From: a virus | Lineage: Duplodnaviria; Caudoviricetes | Direction: 5' to 3' (one strand) | DNA length: 64,000 nt | Virus record (IMG/VR): IMGVR_UViG_3300047160_014545 | Location: 17,625 to 81,624 of that record | In this document: positions 52,697-62,423 of the stretch, piece after piece | Layout: each line of letters begins with the position of its first letter | Position numbering within the stretch: position 1 is the stretch's first letter | Made by a program: the position numbers and the translations under genes | The notes under the pieces: model-generated | What the model saw: the letters and a program-made list of their open reading frames with translations, nothing else | Told to the model about the DNA's origin: nothing | Databases searched by the model: none

Positions 52697-53197
52697 TTGG
52701 CTAAGGTTAAATCCCAATGGGTACCGCTGGCGCCAGCGAAGTTGATCCAGCCCGTCGGCGATGACGACGTGCGATACGCGATGGAGAGGACCGGCTGCGA
52801 CGAAGCCACCGCCCGCGCCCAGCTTGAGCACGAGGCCACCAGCGTCGAGTATTGGGTCAACGATCTATACCAAGTCGCCAAGCGACGGGTGCTCCCCGAG
52901 CACCCATGGAACCACACTGGAAACAACATGATCCATCTCAACATCCGCCGCCGCGACGGCAAGCCGATCTTTCGCGACTGGCGGCATTTCCAATGGATCA
53001 AAAACCAGCTGATCGGCGAGGAATGCGAGGCGCTGGAGATTTACCCAGCCGAATCGCGATTGCACGATACGTCGAACAAGTATCACCTGTGGGGCTTTGC
53101 CGATCCCGAGATCCGCTGCCCCTTTGGGATGCTCGGACGCGATGTTGTCGACGACAGCAATGGAACCCGACCCGGCACCCGGCAGAGGCTGCGATGA
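52697..53197 (+). CDS. DUF7694-like protein
   Basis: HLNIRRRDGKP...DWRHFQWIKNQLIGEECEALEIYPAESRL...YHLW. Confidence 0.65.
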   Translation: MAKVKSQWVPLAPAKLIQPVGDDDVRYAMERTGCDEATARAQLEHEATSVEYWVNDLYQVAKRRVLPEHPWNHTGNNMIHLNIRRRDGKPIFRDWRHFQWIKNQLIGEECEALEIYPAESRLHDTSNKYHLWGFADPEIRCPFGMLGRDVVDDSNGTRPGTRQRLR

Positions 53198-53418
53198 CCC
53201 CGGAAATTAAAGCCGATATCGAAAAGCTTATCCGCGATGAAATCGGACGAGCGGAGGATAATCTCTTTCGAGCCGAATGTGCCGCGCGTAAACACGACCC
53301 AAGAAAACAATGGGGCGAGAGCGGCCAGACATTACAGCAGATCATCGACGGTTATCAGGCCCAGAATGATCGCTATTTGCGCGCCCTCGCGGCTTTCGCG
53401 GAGATCGAATCAAAATGA
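53194..53418 (+). CDS. Hypothetical protein
   Basis: ATGA-coupled, MTPEIKADIEKLIRDE. Confidence 0.5.
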   Translation: MTPEIKADIEKLIRDEIGRAEDNLFRAECAARKHDPRKQWGESGQTLQQIIDGYQAQNDRYLRALAAFAEIESK

Positions 53419-53820
53419 GCAAAACAACCGAAATCGAAAGGGAAAGACGATGACCAAGGATTTCCACATTGGCGACATCCTTAGCGTAACGACCGGGAGG
53501 CTCCTATCTCCGCGGCGTATGGAAGGGGTGTACGACATCTTAGGCTTTATGGCCGGCGAATCACTGTTTACGCATCAACTCCCGCGAGTTGGGCAAGAAG
53601 CGAAACCCGTTATTTTGCGGCAACACCCGCAGCTGGCGGATGCTGCTGCAGAAGCCGAGCAGATTACGCAAGACAACTGGCGCGACTGGCTCGACACCTG
53701 GATCGCTCGTTATGGCGAAACGCTGCCGATAGCGCCGTTCGCTTCAGAGCGCAGAAGCGGGTGAGATGGTGCCATCAAGCAAGATCATTGTTGTCGCTCC
53801 ATGAGCAAAACAACCGAAAT
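53415..53820 (+). repeat. 20-bp exact direct repeat ATGAGCAAAACAACCGAAAT (53415 and 53801)
   Basis: Seen directly; brackets the DUF7736-like gene. Confidence 0.85.
53450..53764 (+). CDS. DUF7736-like protein
   Basis: FHIGDILSVTTGRLLS...VYDILGFMAGESLFTHQLPR. Confidence 0.65.
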   Translation: MTKDFHIGDILSVTTGRLLSPRRMEGVYDILGFMAGESLFTHQLPRVGQEAKPVILRQHPQLADAAAEAEQITQDNWRDWLDTWIARYGETLPIAPFASERRSG

Positions 53821-53904
53821 GATTGATGAGCTCGCGGCGCAATTGCGCGCCGCCTGCGGACCGCTGCAGGCGTTTTTCGAATGGTGCGAAAAAGGGGGAA
53901 AGTC

Positions 53905-54183
53905 ATGCCCGTGAAGCGATCCACTCAGCGCAAAATCGATCAGGTGATACAGGCTTTTGTTAAGTTTCAAGATCAGTTGGCGCCACTAGATGCTGCCCTG
54001 TCCATGATGGTGAATGGGCTTATGGAGTTGAAACGCACCGGCAATGTGAGTGATCAAATGATAGAGGGGGCGGACGCGGCTCGGAAGCTACTGGTAAAGC
54101 TTCCGCAGGCAGCGGACGAACTAACCAAAGTCGGGCCGTTGATGGAAATGATTATGGCAGAAATAACGGGGGAAGAACTATGA
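53905..54183 (+). CDS. Hypothetical protein
   Basis: Helical; start uncertain. Confidence 0.45.
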   Translation: MPVKRSTQRKIDQVIQAFVKFQDQLAPLDAALSMMVNGLMELKRTGNVSDQMIEGADAARKLLVKLPQAADELTKVGPLMEMIMAEITGEEL

Positions 54184-54398
54184 CCACTAATTTTGCGCAT
54201 TCAACGTCGCTTTGCGAGTCGGTACAGGTCGAGGATTTGGAGCAGCGAATGCGCTTCTGCCGGGGGCAAATCGTGGAGGCGCTCGGCGACATCGCAAACG
54301 GGAACCCCGTCGAAGCCGCGCGGGCCTTGCGTTACGCAATCGCCGAGCTCGATGGCAAGGCGCGAGCGTCGATTAACAACGAAAGGGGCGAGCTATGA
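54180..54398 (+). CDS. Hypothetical protein
   Basis: ATGA-coupled. Confidence 0.45.
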   Translation: MTTNFAHSTSLCESVQVEDLEQRMRFCRGQIVEALGDIANGNPVEAARALRYAIAELDGKARASINNERGEL

Positions 54399-54664
54399 AC
54401 GCAAAATGGACGGCAGCAACAAGCGCGGTAATGGGGTCTTTGGCAGCGCTGGCTGTTGTTGGCATGTATCTGAGCGCATCTGCCAGCCAAACCCATGACA
54501 GCATGAAATTGCAAATGCTGCTGGTGCAAACCAAGGCCGGGCTGCCGCAGGCAATAAAAGACCTGACCAGCAATGAATGCCACACCGCAAAGACCTGGCT
54601 CTTGGGGCTACCGCCGCCAAGCGAGGGCGCAACCATCGTTTATGCGGAGTGCGTTCAGCAATAG
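54395..54664 (+). CDS. Hypothetical exported protein
   Basis: Signal-peptide-like N-terminus. Confidence 0.45.
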   Translation: MNAKWTAATSAVMGSLAALAVVGMYLSASASQTHDSMKLQMLLVQTKAGLPQAIKDLTSNECHTAKTWLLGLPPPSEGATIVYAECVQQ

Positions 54665-54859
54665 GAACATTTACGATGAACACAAAGAACGCGGCCGTTA
54701 GAGAGGGCCAAATTTGGCAGGAAGTTGACCCGCGACATCCGCGGTATGTTCAGCTGGACCTATCAAAGCTTGATCCTGGGATCGCGTAGTGGTGACGGTC
54801 GTGCGATCCCGCTAAGCGCAACCGCGTGTTACCCCGTAGCACCATGATGGAGGTGAACG

Positions 54860-55090
54860 ATGGCTCCAAAGCCAATTCAGATTGCTGTGTCACCAGAATA
54901 TGAAGGGACGTATGAAAGGTTATACGTGCTCTGTGACGACGGCTCCATATGGCTTCTTACTGAGCCTGGGATCCAAGATATTTGGCGCTCGCTGCCGGGA
55001 ATTCCGCAACCTCTGGAATCCGATATGTGGACCGGACCCGGGCCAACGCCGCCCGGGTGGCGCTCTAAACCTCATGAGGACATCCCATGA
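54860..55090 (+). CDS. Hypothetical protein (LYVLCDDGSIW)
   Basis: RBS GGAGGT. Confidence 0.55.
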   Translation: MAPKPIQIAVSPEYEGTYERLYVLCDDGSIWLLTEPGIQDIWRSLPGIPQPLESDMWTGPGPTPPGWRSKPHEDIP

Positions 55091-55347
55091 ACGATGACCA
55101 GATCAACGAGCTGCTGAGCATACTCCGCGACATCGCCGCGAGCCTCGCCCGCATCGAAAAGCACCTCTTGAAGCCACCCCAGCCCCTTATTTCCGGAGTA
55201 TGGCGTCAGACGACATCAGGTTTGCAGTTCATTCCGCGAACCGGATACTCCGGTTGGGCGAGCAGCGCGCGCCCCGCGCCGCTATGCGATGAGTCGCAGG
55301 CATCCGCCACTTTCGCATTGCCCGCTGTGTGGCGCAAAAGGCTATAA
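55087..55347 (+). CDS. Hypothetical protein
   Basis: ATGA-coupled. Confidence 0.4.
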   Translation: MNDDQINELLSILRDIAASLARIEKHLLKPPQPLISGVWRQTTSGLQFIPRTGYSGWASSARPAPLCDESQASATFALPAVWRKRL

Positions 55348-55549
55348 TGCTTGGGGCCGCGATGCCGCGTGGTATGATTGTGGGTCGGGCTTTGATGAGC
55401 GGGGAATTCTTACCATTGGGTTCCGCTGCCGGGAACCTGACGCGCCCCACAAAAAAGACGGGGGCGAAAGCGCGACCTCTCACCCCCGCTAGGCTCCCTG
55501 CAATGAAGGCGCTGCATGGAGGAGCAGCAACCATCGTGCAAAGGAAAGT

Positions 55550-55930
55550 ATGATGCTCGGCCAACGAATTGTCAAGATTATCGAAAATGAGAGCGGCGCC
55601 ATCCTGGTCGAGTTCGCGATAATCTTCCCTATTTTTCTGCTGTTCGTTATCGGCGGCATTGACGTGATTGTCGCGATGATAGGCTTGAGTTGGTTGACTT
55701 TCGCCGTCCAAGCAGGGTCCACGTGCGGAGCGATCCATGCGCCCTTATGCACCACTTTGACCGCCACCACCACTTATGCGACAAATGCCGCCAATTTAAC
55801 CGGCGCCGTCTTTACCGCCAAACAATTGCCGTGCGGCATCGAGGTTGCCGGCAGCTGGACCTATGTCAGCATGATTTTGCCGTACAATTTCCCGTGGAGC
55901 ACGTCTGCGTGTTACCCGGTAGCACCGTAA
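55550..55930 (+). CDS. TadE/TadG-like pseudopilin
   Basis: ESGAILVEFAIIFPIFLLFVIGGID: prepilin G|xxxxE motif with hydrophobic helix. Confidence 0.75.
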   Translation: MMLGQRIVKIIENESGAILVEFAIIFPIFLLFVIGGIDVIVAMIGLSWLTFAVQAGSTCGAIHAPLCTTLTATTTYATNAANLTGAVFTAKQLPCGIEVAGSWTYVSMILPYNFPWSTSACYPVAP

Positions 55931-56045
55931 AAGGAGAGAATAAATCTATGTTGGATGCTGGCACGATTGCTCTTTGGCTGTTCGCATGCGCTGCGGGCCT
56001 GACCGCTGGTGTTGCGGTCGTGAACGCGATACTCGCGGTTCTGCA

Positions 56046-56225
56046 ATGAACATCAACCAAGCAAAATCCCGGATCATGCGGCGTATTTGGCTTCGATTTC
56101 GCCGCCGCAGATTGCTCTACAATGAAAAGGCATGGACCTATGAGCGTTGGGTTCGTGAAGGACGTCCGACTTCAATTGATGAATGGGAACACAAAACCGC
56201 TCAGGAATTAGCCCATGAAAGCTAA
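56046..56225 (+). CDS. Hypothetical protein
   Basis: MNINQAKSRIMRR; coupled. Confidence 0.35.
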   Translation: MNINQAKSRIMRRIWLRFRRRRLLYNEKAWTYERWVREGRPTSIDEWEHKTAQELAHES

Positions 56226-56454
56226 ACAGCCTCAAGACGCCATTATGGATTTCGTTTCTGTTGAGATTCAACTGCCAGAGAAGCATGCGGAGGTGCTTGT
56301 TCGGGGATGGGGCGAAAGACGACGTCATTACGTCTACGCTTTCGCAACATACGAAATCAAAACCGCCTGCAAGCGTTGGGTAGCGCGCGATCAGACCACT
56401 CTGCATTTCGAGCCCATCGAATGGGCGGCTTTGCCTCAACCCCTCAGCAATTGA
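56215..56454 (+). CDS. Hypothetical protein
   Basis: 79 aa. Confidence 0.4.
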   Translation: MKAKQPQDAIMDFVSVEIQLPEKHAEVLVRGWGERRRHYVYAFATYEIKTACKRWVARDQTTLHFEPIEWAALPQPLSN

Positions 56455-57503
56455 TCACTCCAGAACAAATAGCACAGGCTCGCCGACGCATTCCGTTGCC
56501 GGAGCTCATCGGCCGCGATGTTGTGCTCAAGCGCCGCGGTCCTGGCTATTGGGGCCTATGCCCGTTCCACAAAGAAAAGACACCGTCCTTTCTCGTGCAG
56601 GCCGATCACTACCATTGTTTCGCTTGCCGGGCACACGGGAATGCCATCACCTGGATCATGGTGCGGCACAATCTCAAATTCCCCGAAGCTGTCAGAGAGC
56701 TGTTGGGATTGCCGCAGCGCGCCACCCAGGCGCGCCGATCGGTGCCAGAAGCAACACCGCACAATGATAATAAATACCTGGAATATGCGCTGTCGCTGTG
56801 GAACGAGACGCAGGCGGTTACCGATTTCACCGCTGCCGCGTTGTATTTTCATTCACGCGGGATCAGCTTTGCCAATCTCCCGCCTGATATCCGGTATCAC
56901 CCTCGAGCAAAAATAAACCAAGAAGATGGCGGCGGGTTCTTGCCGGCGGTGGTGGCGGCGGTCCGGGAGCGCGCCGCGAGGATTTGCGCCATTCAGGTGA
57001 TTTATGTCAAGCCGCAGGATGAAGTCGGTCCGGATGCCAGCACGCAGCATAGCGGCGCTACGCATCTGCGGGTGCGCAAGCGCACCTATGGCCGCTTGCT
57101 CGATGGCTGTGTCAGGTTGGGCAAGATCGACCCCACGGAACGCTCGCTGGGTCTCGCTGAGGGTGTCGAGACCGGCCTCAGCGCCTACCAGATGTTTTTT
57201 GCCCCGGTATGGGTGACATGCGGTTTAGCGCGGTGGGGCATGCCGGCGCATTGGAGCGCGCCTGACGCTAAAGGAAAGCGCTATAAAATGGCCGAGCGCG
57301 CCCCAACCATTTGGCTGCCTGCTGATATAAACAAAATAATACTTTATGCCGACAATGGAATGATAGCACACCAGGCGGCGGATTACACCAAATGGTATTG
57401 GGAGGGAACCCGCGGGATCGAATGCGACATTCGCCAGCCCGATGATTACCTATCTGACTGGCAGGACTATCATCGATATTATTATCCGGGAAATTCCGTA
57501 TAA
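56451..57503 (+). CDS. DNA primase (CHC2 Zn-finger plus Toprim)
   Basis: CPFHKEKTPSF...CFAC; LAEGVETG; ILYADNG. TTG start at 56451 is likely. Confidence 0.9.
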   Translation: MITPEQIAQARRRIPLPELIGRDVVLKRRGPGYWGLCPFHKEKTPSFLVQADHYHCFACRAHGNAITWIMVRHNLKFPEAVRELLGLPQRATQARRSVPEATPHNDNKYLEYALSLWNETQAVTDFTAAALYFHSRGISFANLPPDIRYHPRAKINQEDGGGFLPAVVAAVRERAARICAIQVIYVKPQDEVGPDASTQHSGATHLRVRKRTYGRLLDGCVRLGKIDPTERSLGLAEGVETGLSAYQMFFAPVWVTCGLARWGMPAHWSAPDAKGKRYKMAERAPTIWLPADINKIILYADNGMIAHQAADYTKWYWEGTRGIECDIRQPDDYLSDWQDYHRYYYPGNSV

Positions 57504-57658
57504 AGTCGGTTGACTTGCAGTTAACGCCAGATGCAGAATGAATGAAGCCGGTGAGGGGTGGCACCCTGACCGGCTTCTAAATCTCCTCTGGAGACCCATC
57601 CAATGTACTTATATCCCTCAATTAGCGGAGCAATGCCAGGATATCAAGGCATTTCTTC

Positions 57659-58864
57659 GTGAATTCCCGCGATGGCGGGAATATTACGCCGTTCCCCGAC
57701 CGGTACAATCCGTCCCGGCAATCTCCTCCTCAGCCTCGTCAACAGGCCGGAAGACCGCTGGTTCCTTTCTATCCGGCCACGTTTGAAGGCACCGAGGCAC
57801 CACCGCTGCGCTGGGTCGTTCCCAACCTGATCCCGCGCGGTTATGCCACATTGCTGACCGGCAATTATAATCTCGGGAAATCCTTTATAATCCTAGATTT
57901 GCTAGTAGCCGCAGCACTAGGGCAAGAATGGCTCGGCAATGAAGTTGCCATGAGCAACGTCTTCGGTTTGTTTTGTGAAGACCCAAAGGATCGATTGCAT
58001 TGGCGGCTGGCGCAAGTTCTGCGCCACCATAATGCCAGTTATGCCGACCTGGAAACCAGATTTTCCTGGGATGCGCGATTTGGTGAATATAGCGCACTGA
58101 TGCAGTTTCACCGGTTTACCGAACAAGGCCGAACGACTCCCTTATGGGATCAGTTGTGGCATTTGACGGTTCAACAATTGGGATCACAGATAATTTTTAT
58201 CGATACCGCGCGACAGACTTTCAAGGGCGAGGAAAATTCCTCGTTACAAGTCACAGAATTTCTGAACAACTTGAACAAGCTCGCCGCGGCGATCGATGGA
58301 GCGGTAATTATTAGTCATCACCCGCCCAAAAATGGCACTAGCGAATATGCGGGCTCAGGTGCCTGGGCCGGCACCGCGCGCAACCACCTGTATCTTACAC
58401 GCAGCAAGGAGTGGGATCCGGAAACTCGCGAGGGCTGGGATAAACGCGTCCTGCGGCAAATGAACGGGAATTACTCAAGCGAGAATGAGCCGGCCTTAAA
58501 CCTGCGCTGGGACGCCCCGGCAAATATGTTTTTGCTTGATGACACGCAACCAGCCGCCGTGTCCGGCTCGACCAATCTCGATATGTTCGGGAGGATGGAT
58601 CTCGACCTGCGGATCATGGCGGCGGTGCGCTCGCTGATCCTCGACGGCAGCCTGCCTCATGCTGCCCGCGAACGGCAGCAAAACATCGTCAGGTTGTTGC
58701 GGGGGTTGCCGGGCTTTCGGTCGACCGCCGAGGCGCAACTATGGGCGGGTGTCGACCGGCTGATCGAGAAAAATGAACTGCTCAGGATCGAGTATGGAGC
58801 GGCCGGAAACCGGCGAATTTTGTTGCGTCCAGCCGATCTGCGCTTCCCCGGCGAGGGGGCCTAG
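57659..58864 (+). CDS. RepA-like SF4 helicase (AAA_25)
   Basis: LRWVVPNLIP...GNYNLGKS, FCED, IFIDT, ISHHPPK, YAGSGAW. Confidence 0.9.
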   Translation: MNSRDGGNITPFPDRYNPSRQSPPQPRQQAGRPLVPFYPATFEGTEAPPLRWVVPNLIPRGYATLLTGNYNLGKSFIILDLLVAAALGQEWLGNEVAMSNVFGLFCEDPKDRLHWRLAQVLRHHNASYADLETRFSWDARFGEYSALMQFHRFTEQGRTTPLWDQLWHLTVQQLGSQIIFIDTARQTFKGEENSSLQVTEFLNNLNKLAAAIDGAVIISHHPPKNGTSEYAGSGAWAGTARNHLYLTRSKEWDPETREGWDKRVLRQMNGNYSSENEPALNLRWDAPANMFLLDDTQPAAVSGSTNLDMFGRMDLDLRIMAAVRSLILDGSLPHAARERQQNIVRLLRGLPGFRSTAEAQLWAGVDRLIEKNELLRIEYGAAGNRRILLRPADLRFPGEGA

Positions 58865-59108
58865 AAAGACGCGGCCGCCCAGTTTTCTCAAACCGAATAT
58901 CAGCAGCAACCGCCAATCCGTACAAATAGACGTAAGCCGAGATCGGCTCCGGCACGGCAGATTTGCCCTTGCACCAACGCGACACCGTGGCCTCGGTCAC
59001 TCCGAGCACCGTCGCCAATTCGAGTTGGCGCAGCTGTAGGTCGCCAAGGGCATTTTTGAGATCGGCCGCCCGCAATAGCGGCGGCGGCTCGAGCGGGATT
59101 GTTTTCAT
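58782..59108 (-). CDS. XRE-family HTH regulator
   Basis: LQLRQLELATVLGVTEATVSRWCKG; ATG at 59108. Confidence 0.8.
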   Translation of the reverse strand: MKTIPLEPPPLLRAADLKNALGDLQLRQLELATVLGVTEATVSRWCKGKSAVPEPISAYVYLYGLAVAADIRFEKTGRPRLSRPPRRGSADRLDATKFAGFRPLHTRS

Positions 59109-59113
59109 GGCGC

Positions 59114-59551
59114 CTAGTGAAACGTGTCCGCCGCTGAGGGCAATTGGCCGAGCAACAGCCGTCGCTCCCGCACTCCAACACCCTTGTCGACGAGCTCGGC
59201 AGGACGAATGCCCCATGCGCCGATGATCGCCTCGGCGATTTCCCCTGGCGTCACGGTAGGATGAGCGCTGGTAAAATTCACTACCTGCTGCGCGATGCTG
59301 CTGATATCGAGATCTGCTCGCGCGAGCTCGAGAATGCCGAGCCGTGGCACCACTACCATAACCATGACCGGAAACTGTATACCTTGCTGACGGCAGTGAG
59401 TGCGATGATCCAGGATCAGCTGTTTGGCGTCAGTCAACAAACCTCCAGTAATCCGATTCCCATGCAAAGCACGCAGCCGACCGACCAATTGCGCGAGATC
59501 CTTTGCCGCCGCGATCATGTCGGGATGGGTGTCATCGTCTTCCCGGATCAT
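59114..59551 (-). CDS. Hypothetical protein
   Basis: 145 aa. Confidence 0.55.
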   Translation of the reverse strand: MIREDDDTHPDMIAAAKDLAQLVGRLRALHGNRITGGLLTDAKQLILDHRTHCRQQGIQFPVMVMVVVPRLGILELARADLDISSIAQQVVNFTSAHPTVTPGEIAEAIIGAWGIRPAELVDKGVGVRERRLLLGQLPSAADTFH

Positions 59552-59817
59552 TTGAGCGATTCCAATCTTTCTATAGCATCGTCACGACTATGCTCGGTAT
59601 CTGTATATTTTGGGACATCATGCATGTCGGCATATCGTGCAAACTCTTTATCTTCAATGTCTTTTGGACACCATGATCCGGGCGATCCAAGACGAACCGC
59701 CAAATTTCCATCTAAACACGCGTGAATTCGCCAATCTGTAGCTCGCGAAGGCGCGGACAGTTCCTTTATTTCTTTTAGGATCGCATTCCGAAATTCTTGA
59801 CGAGAGTTCATCTTCAT
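59548..59817 (-). CDS. Hypothetical protein
   Basis: 89 aa, coupled. Confidence 0.45.
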   Translation of the reverse strand: MKMNSRQEFRNAILKEIKELSAPSRATDWRIHACLDGNLAVRLGSPGSWCPKDIEDKEFARYADMHDVPKYTDTEHSRDDAIERLESLK

Positions 59818-60389
59818 CCCCGCAAATCAACAAACAGCGGGCCAGCGCTGCGCTGCGCCAGCGGCGCTAGGATGCTTTCGGCATAAAAGAATAGCGAAAG
59901 CGCATCGCTCTCGTCATCATTCGCCGGAGTAAATCCGTACAACCTGGCCATCGCCATAGTCGCCGCTTTTTTGCCCTCGCGACCGCCGTGTCGCCCAAAG
60001 CCCGTAAAATGTCGGGTGATGGCGCTGCTCTCGACCTCGCGATATTCGATGTTGTAGCGATATTTTATCAGCTGAGCAACAGCGCGCAGACCGATCAGTC
60101 GTTTGATGACGGCGATGTTGAATGGCGGCGAGCCGGCGCCCGGCACAAGATCATCACCGGCTTTTTTGAAGCGGATCCGCGGCTGCGGCACATAGGCCGC
60201 TTCAGCATAAATGTGAGTGATCTGGTGCTCGGTAATCATCCCGGCGAGCCAGCCGGCAAAGAGCGAGAATATCTTGCCCTCGTCGGCACCGCTCTCGGCC
60301 AGCCGGCGCGACCCATATTCCGGGCGCATACCCGGTGGGCCCCAGGCGTACCCGGTGCGGGTTGCGATATCGAGCGCCAGGATTTTCAT
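59814..60389 (-). CDS. RuvC-like Holliday junction resolvase
   Basis: ILALDIATRTGYAW...IYAEA...KKAATM...NDDESDAL. Confidence 0.8.
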   Translation of the reverse strand: MKILALDIATRTGYAWGPPGMRPEYGSRRLAESGADEGKIFSLFAGWLAGMITEHQITHIYAEAAYVPQPRIRFKKAGDDLVPGAGSPPFNIAVIKRLIGLRAVAQLIKYRYNIEYREVESSAITRHFTGFGRHGGREGKKAATMAMARLYGFTPANDDESDALSLFFYAESILAPLAQRSAGPLFVDLRG

Positions 60390-60734
60390 TTACCGAACAC
60401 ATCGTGGAAAGATATGGATTGCATCATTCCACGTGGGTGATGGCTCAGTAATCTGAAAAAGACGGCATTCCTCAAGTTCGGCAGATGTGGCTAGACGTTT
60501 AACTCCTTCCTTAAATTTACACCGAACTTCTCGACAGGGGGTTGCTATCGAAGCGACCTCACCGTTTCGGCACCAAACCATGTTGCCATTCATGGCGCGA
60601 GATAGATTTATCTTAAACAGAGCCCGACGTATTTCTCCTAGACGGCGCTTGTATGGTGCCGAGACATCGGAAAGCTCTGTCATCAATTGTAGCTCTTCTT
60701 CGAGCAATTGCGCCTCTTTCGATTCAATCGACAT
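60390..60734 (-). CDS. Hypothetical protein
   Basis: Probable start MSIESKEA at 60734. Confidence 0.4.
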   Translation of the reverse strand: MSIESKEAQLLEEELQLMTELSDVSAPYKRRLGEIRRALFKINLSRAMNGNMVWCRNGEVASIATPCREVRCKFKEGVKRLATSAELEECRLFQITEPSPTWNDAIHIFPRCVR

Positions 60735-61323
60735 GCGGAACCCCGGCATCCAAGGGGAAATTCGCCATCGCGTGGGCTTTTTGATGGGTAAACCAGATCG
60801 GCAGCGTGTAGCGGATCCCGCTGTGCACCGGCAACACCTCATGCACATGATCGCCATCGGCAGGGAACATCACCAGAAGCCCGGGCCGCGGTTTGATGGA
60901 CAGCCCTTCCCGCCGAAAGCAGATTTCGCCTCCCTTAAAATCGCCATTCAGATAGAAGATTGCAGCCGCGCAGCGCTGCGGGGTGTGGTTGGGCACCCAC
61001 TCGCCCTTTTCGTTCTGTCGGCAATTGTCGGCATGCTCGATATGAAAACCGCCCGGACCAAGCGCGGTAAGAAGGACGGTCTCAGGATAAATTAGGTCCG
61101 GGGCGATCGGTGGCAAAATATCCCACACGAAGCGCCCCGCCCGTTTTACCAGATTGGTAATGATTTCGCCGCCCGGAACCGAACGATGCCAATATACGAG
61201 CGGATTGCCGCATCCGTCTTTGGCAGCGGAAAACTGCTTGTGTTGATTGTATAGATCGATTAGCCGAGAACAATCCGCTTCAGAAATTGTTTCGGTAATC
61301 TGAAGGATCATGGGTGATAGCAA
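60724..61323 (-). CDS. 2OG-Fe(II) oxygenase (prolyl-hydroxylase-like)
   Basis: HADN...YLNGDFKGGE...HVHEVLPV..GIRY (HxD...H...R). Confidence 0.85.
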   Translation of the reverse strand: MLSPMILQITETISEADCSRLIDLYNQHKQFSAAKDGCGNPLVYWHRSVPGGEIITNLVKRAGRFVWDILPPIAPDLIYPETVLLTALGPGGFHIEHADNCRQNEKGEWVPNHTPQRCAAAIFYLNGDFKGGEICFRREGLSIKPRPGLLVMFPADGDHVHEVLPVHSGIRYTLPIWFTHQKAHAMANFPLDAGVPHVD

Positions 61324-61530
61324 TCAGGCGAGCAAATTAGCTCGCCGCCATTGCAGACAGTCGCGCTCCTCGAATATCTCTTCCGCCGCACCTGGACTTT
61401 GGCCATCGGCTTGGGTGAGCATGCTTTCAAAATCAAGCTCCCAGTCAATCAGCGCTTCGATGTCCTCCCATTCCGGCTCGAAATATGGGTCTGAATTGGG
61501 ATAGCCGCCGATCGTCGTGTAACTAGGCAT
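61324..61530 (-). CDS. Small acidic hypothetical protein
   Basis: 68 aa from ATG 61530; its stop abuts the oxygenase start. Confidence 0.45.
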   Translation of the reverse strand: MPSYTTIGGYPNSDPYFEPEWEDIEALIDWELDFESMLTQADGQSPGAAEEIFEERDCLQWRRANLLA

Positions 61531-62146
61531 CGCCTCGCACCAGGGTGTCGGCGATTTGCTGCTGGCCCTGGATCCACGCGGCATCCCATTGTTGAGCCAT
61601 GAAGGTCCCGGGCGACCACGGGTTTGAACCTCGGTCCTGACCGGAACGCCCGGCCGCCAAACCATTATCCTGGGCGTTGCGCACTTGGTGCTCGGCGATC
61701 GGGTCGCCACTTTCTGGCGAGGCATCCTCATCGCCTTCGCCATCATCGGTCTGCGGCAGATCGAGCGAGCTCTGGAAACCGATCGGTTTGCCGAGCCAGG
61801 CCATGTATAGCGCCTTGAGCCGGAATGCCTCCTCGCGCGCGGCACCACTTAGCCCATCCACGCGAATCGCCTCTTTGAGCTCCTTTTTGTCGAGGCCGGC
61901 TGATTCGGCTCGTTTATAGGTGTTGCGCAGGGTTCCGTTGGCGCTGTCGACCGCAGCCTTGGCGTCGCGGATCTCGCCGACAAAAGCGAGAAACGTTTCA
62001 CGTGAAACATTGCTCCCGCCCTCGCTGGCAGCGGTGATCGACACGACGTTTGTCTCTACCGCGGGCTTGTTTTTGCTTCCGGGCGGACGACCCCGTCTCC
62101 GCTGCATCGGTTCAACTGGCGTTGTGCGCCTTCTGCCTCTCGCCAT
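61523..62146 (-). CDS. GapR/DUF2312-like DNA-binding protein with AT-hook
   Basis: RRRGRPPGSKNK; EIRDAKAAVDSANGTLRNTYKRAESAGLDKKELKEAIR. Confidence 0.55.
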   Translation of the reverse strand: MARGRRRTTPVEPMQRRRGRPPGSKNKPAVETNVVSITAASEGGSNVSRETFLAFVGEIRDAKAAVDSANGTLRNTYKRAESAGLDKKELKEAIRVDGLSGAAREEAFRLKALYMAWLGKPIGFQSSLDLPQTDDGEGDEDASPESGDPIAEHQVRNAQDNGLAAGRSGQDRGSNPWSPGTFMAQQWDAAWIQGQQQIADTLVRGDA

Positions 62147-62230
62147 TTTATCTGTATCCTCTAAAAGACATGCGATAAACCTCTGTCTCCCATATCTTGA
62201 TTAATGTCAAATGCGAATCCCAAAAAAATC

Positions 62231-62259
62231 TTGACGGATTGTTAAGTTTCCTGTGATAT
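62231..62259 (+). promoter_or_regulatory. Rightward sigma70-type promoter
   Basis: TTGACG-17 nt-TGATAT. Confidence 0.5.
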
Positions 62260-62267
62260 TTTCCCGG

Positions 62268-62423
62268 ATGGACGGAAACCAAAATCACCGGGCGATCGAG
62301 CTGATGCTGGCGGAATGCCTGGAGGAACTCGACGAGACGGATTTGCCCGAAAATCGGCGGGTGGAATTAGAACGGCAAATATATCGGCTCGAGAATGCTC
62401 TCAACGGAGATGAACAATCATGA
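62268..62423 (+). CDS. Small hypothetical protein (51 aa)
   Basis: Hand translation MDGNQNHRAIELMLAECLEE...; ATGA-coupled to the next gene. Confidence 0.45.
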   Translation: MDGNQNHRAIELMLAECLEELDETDLPENRRVELERQIYRLENALNGDEQS

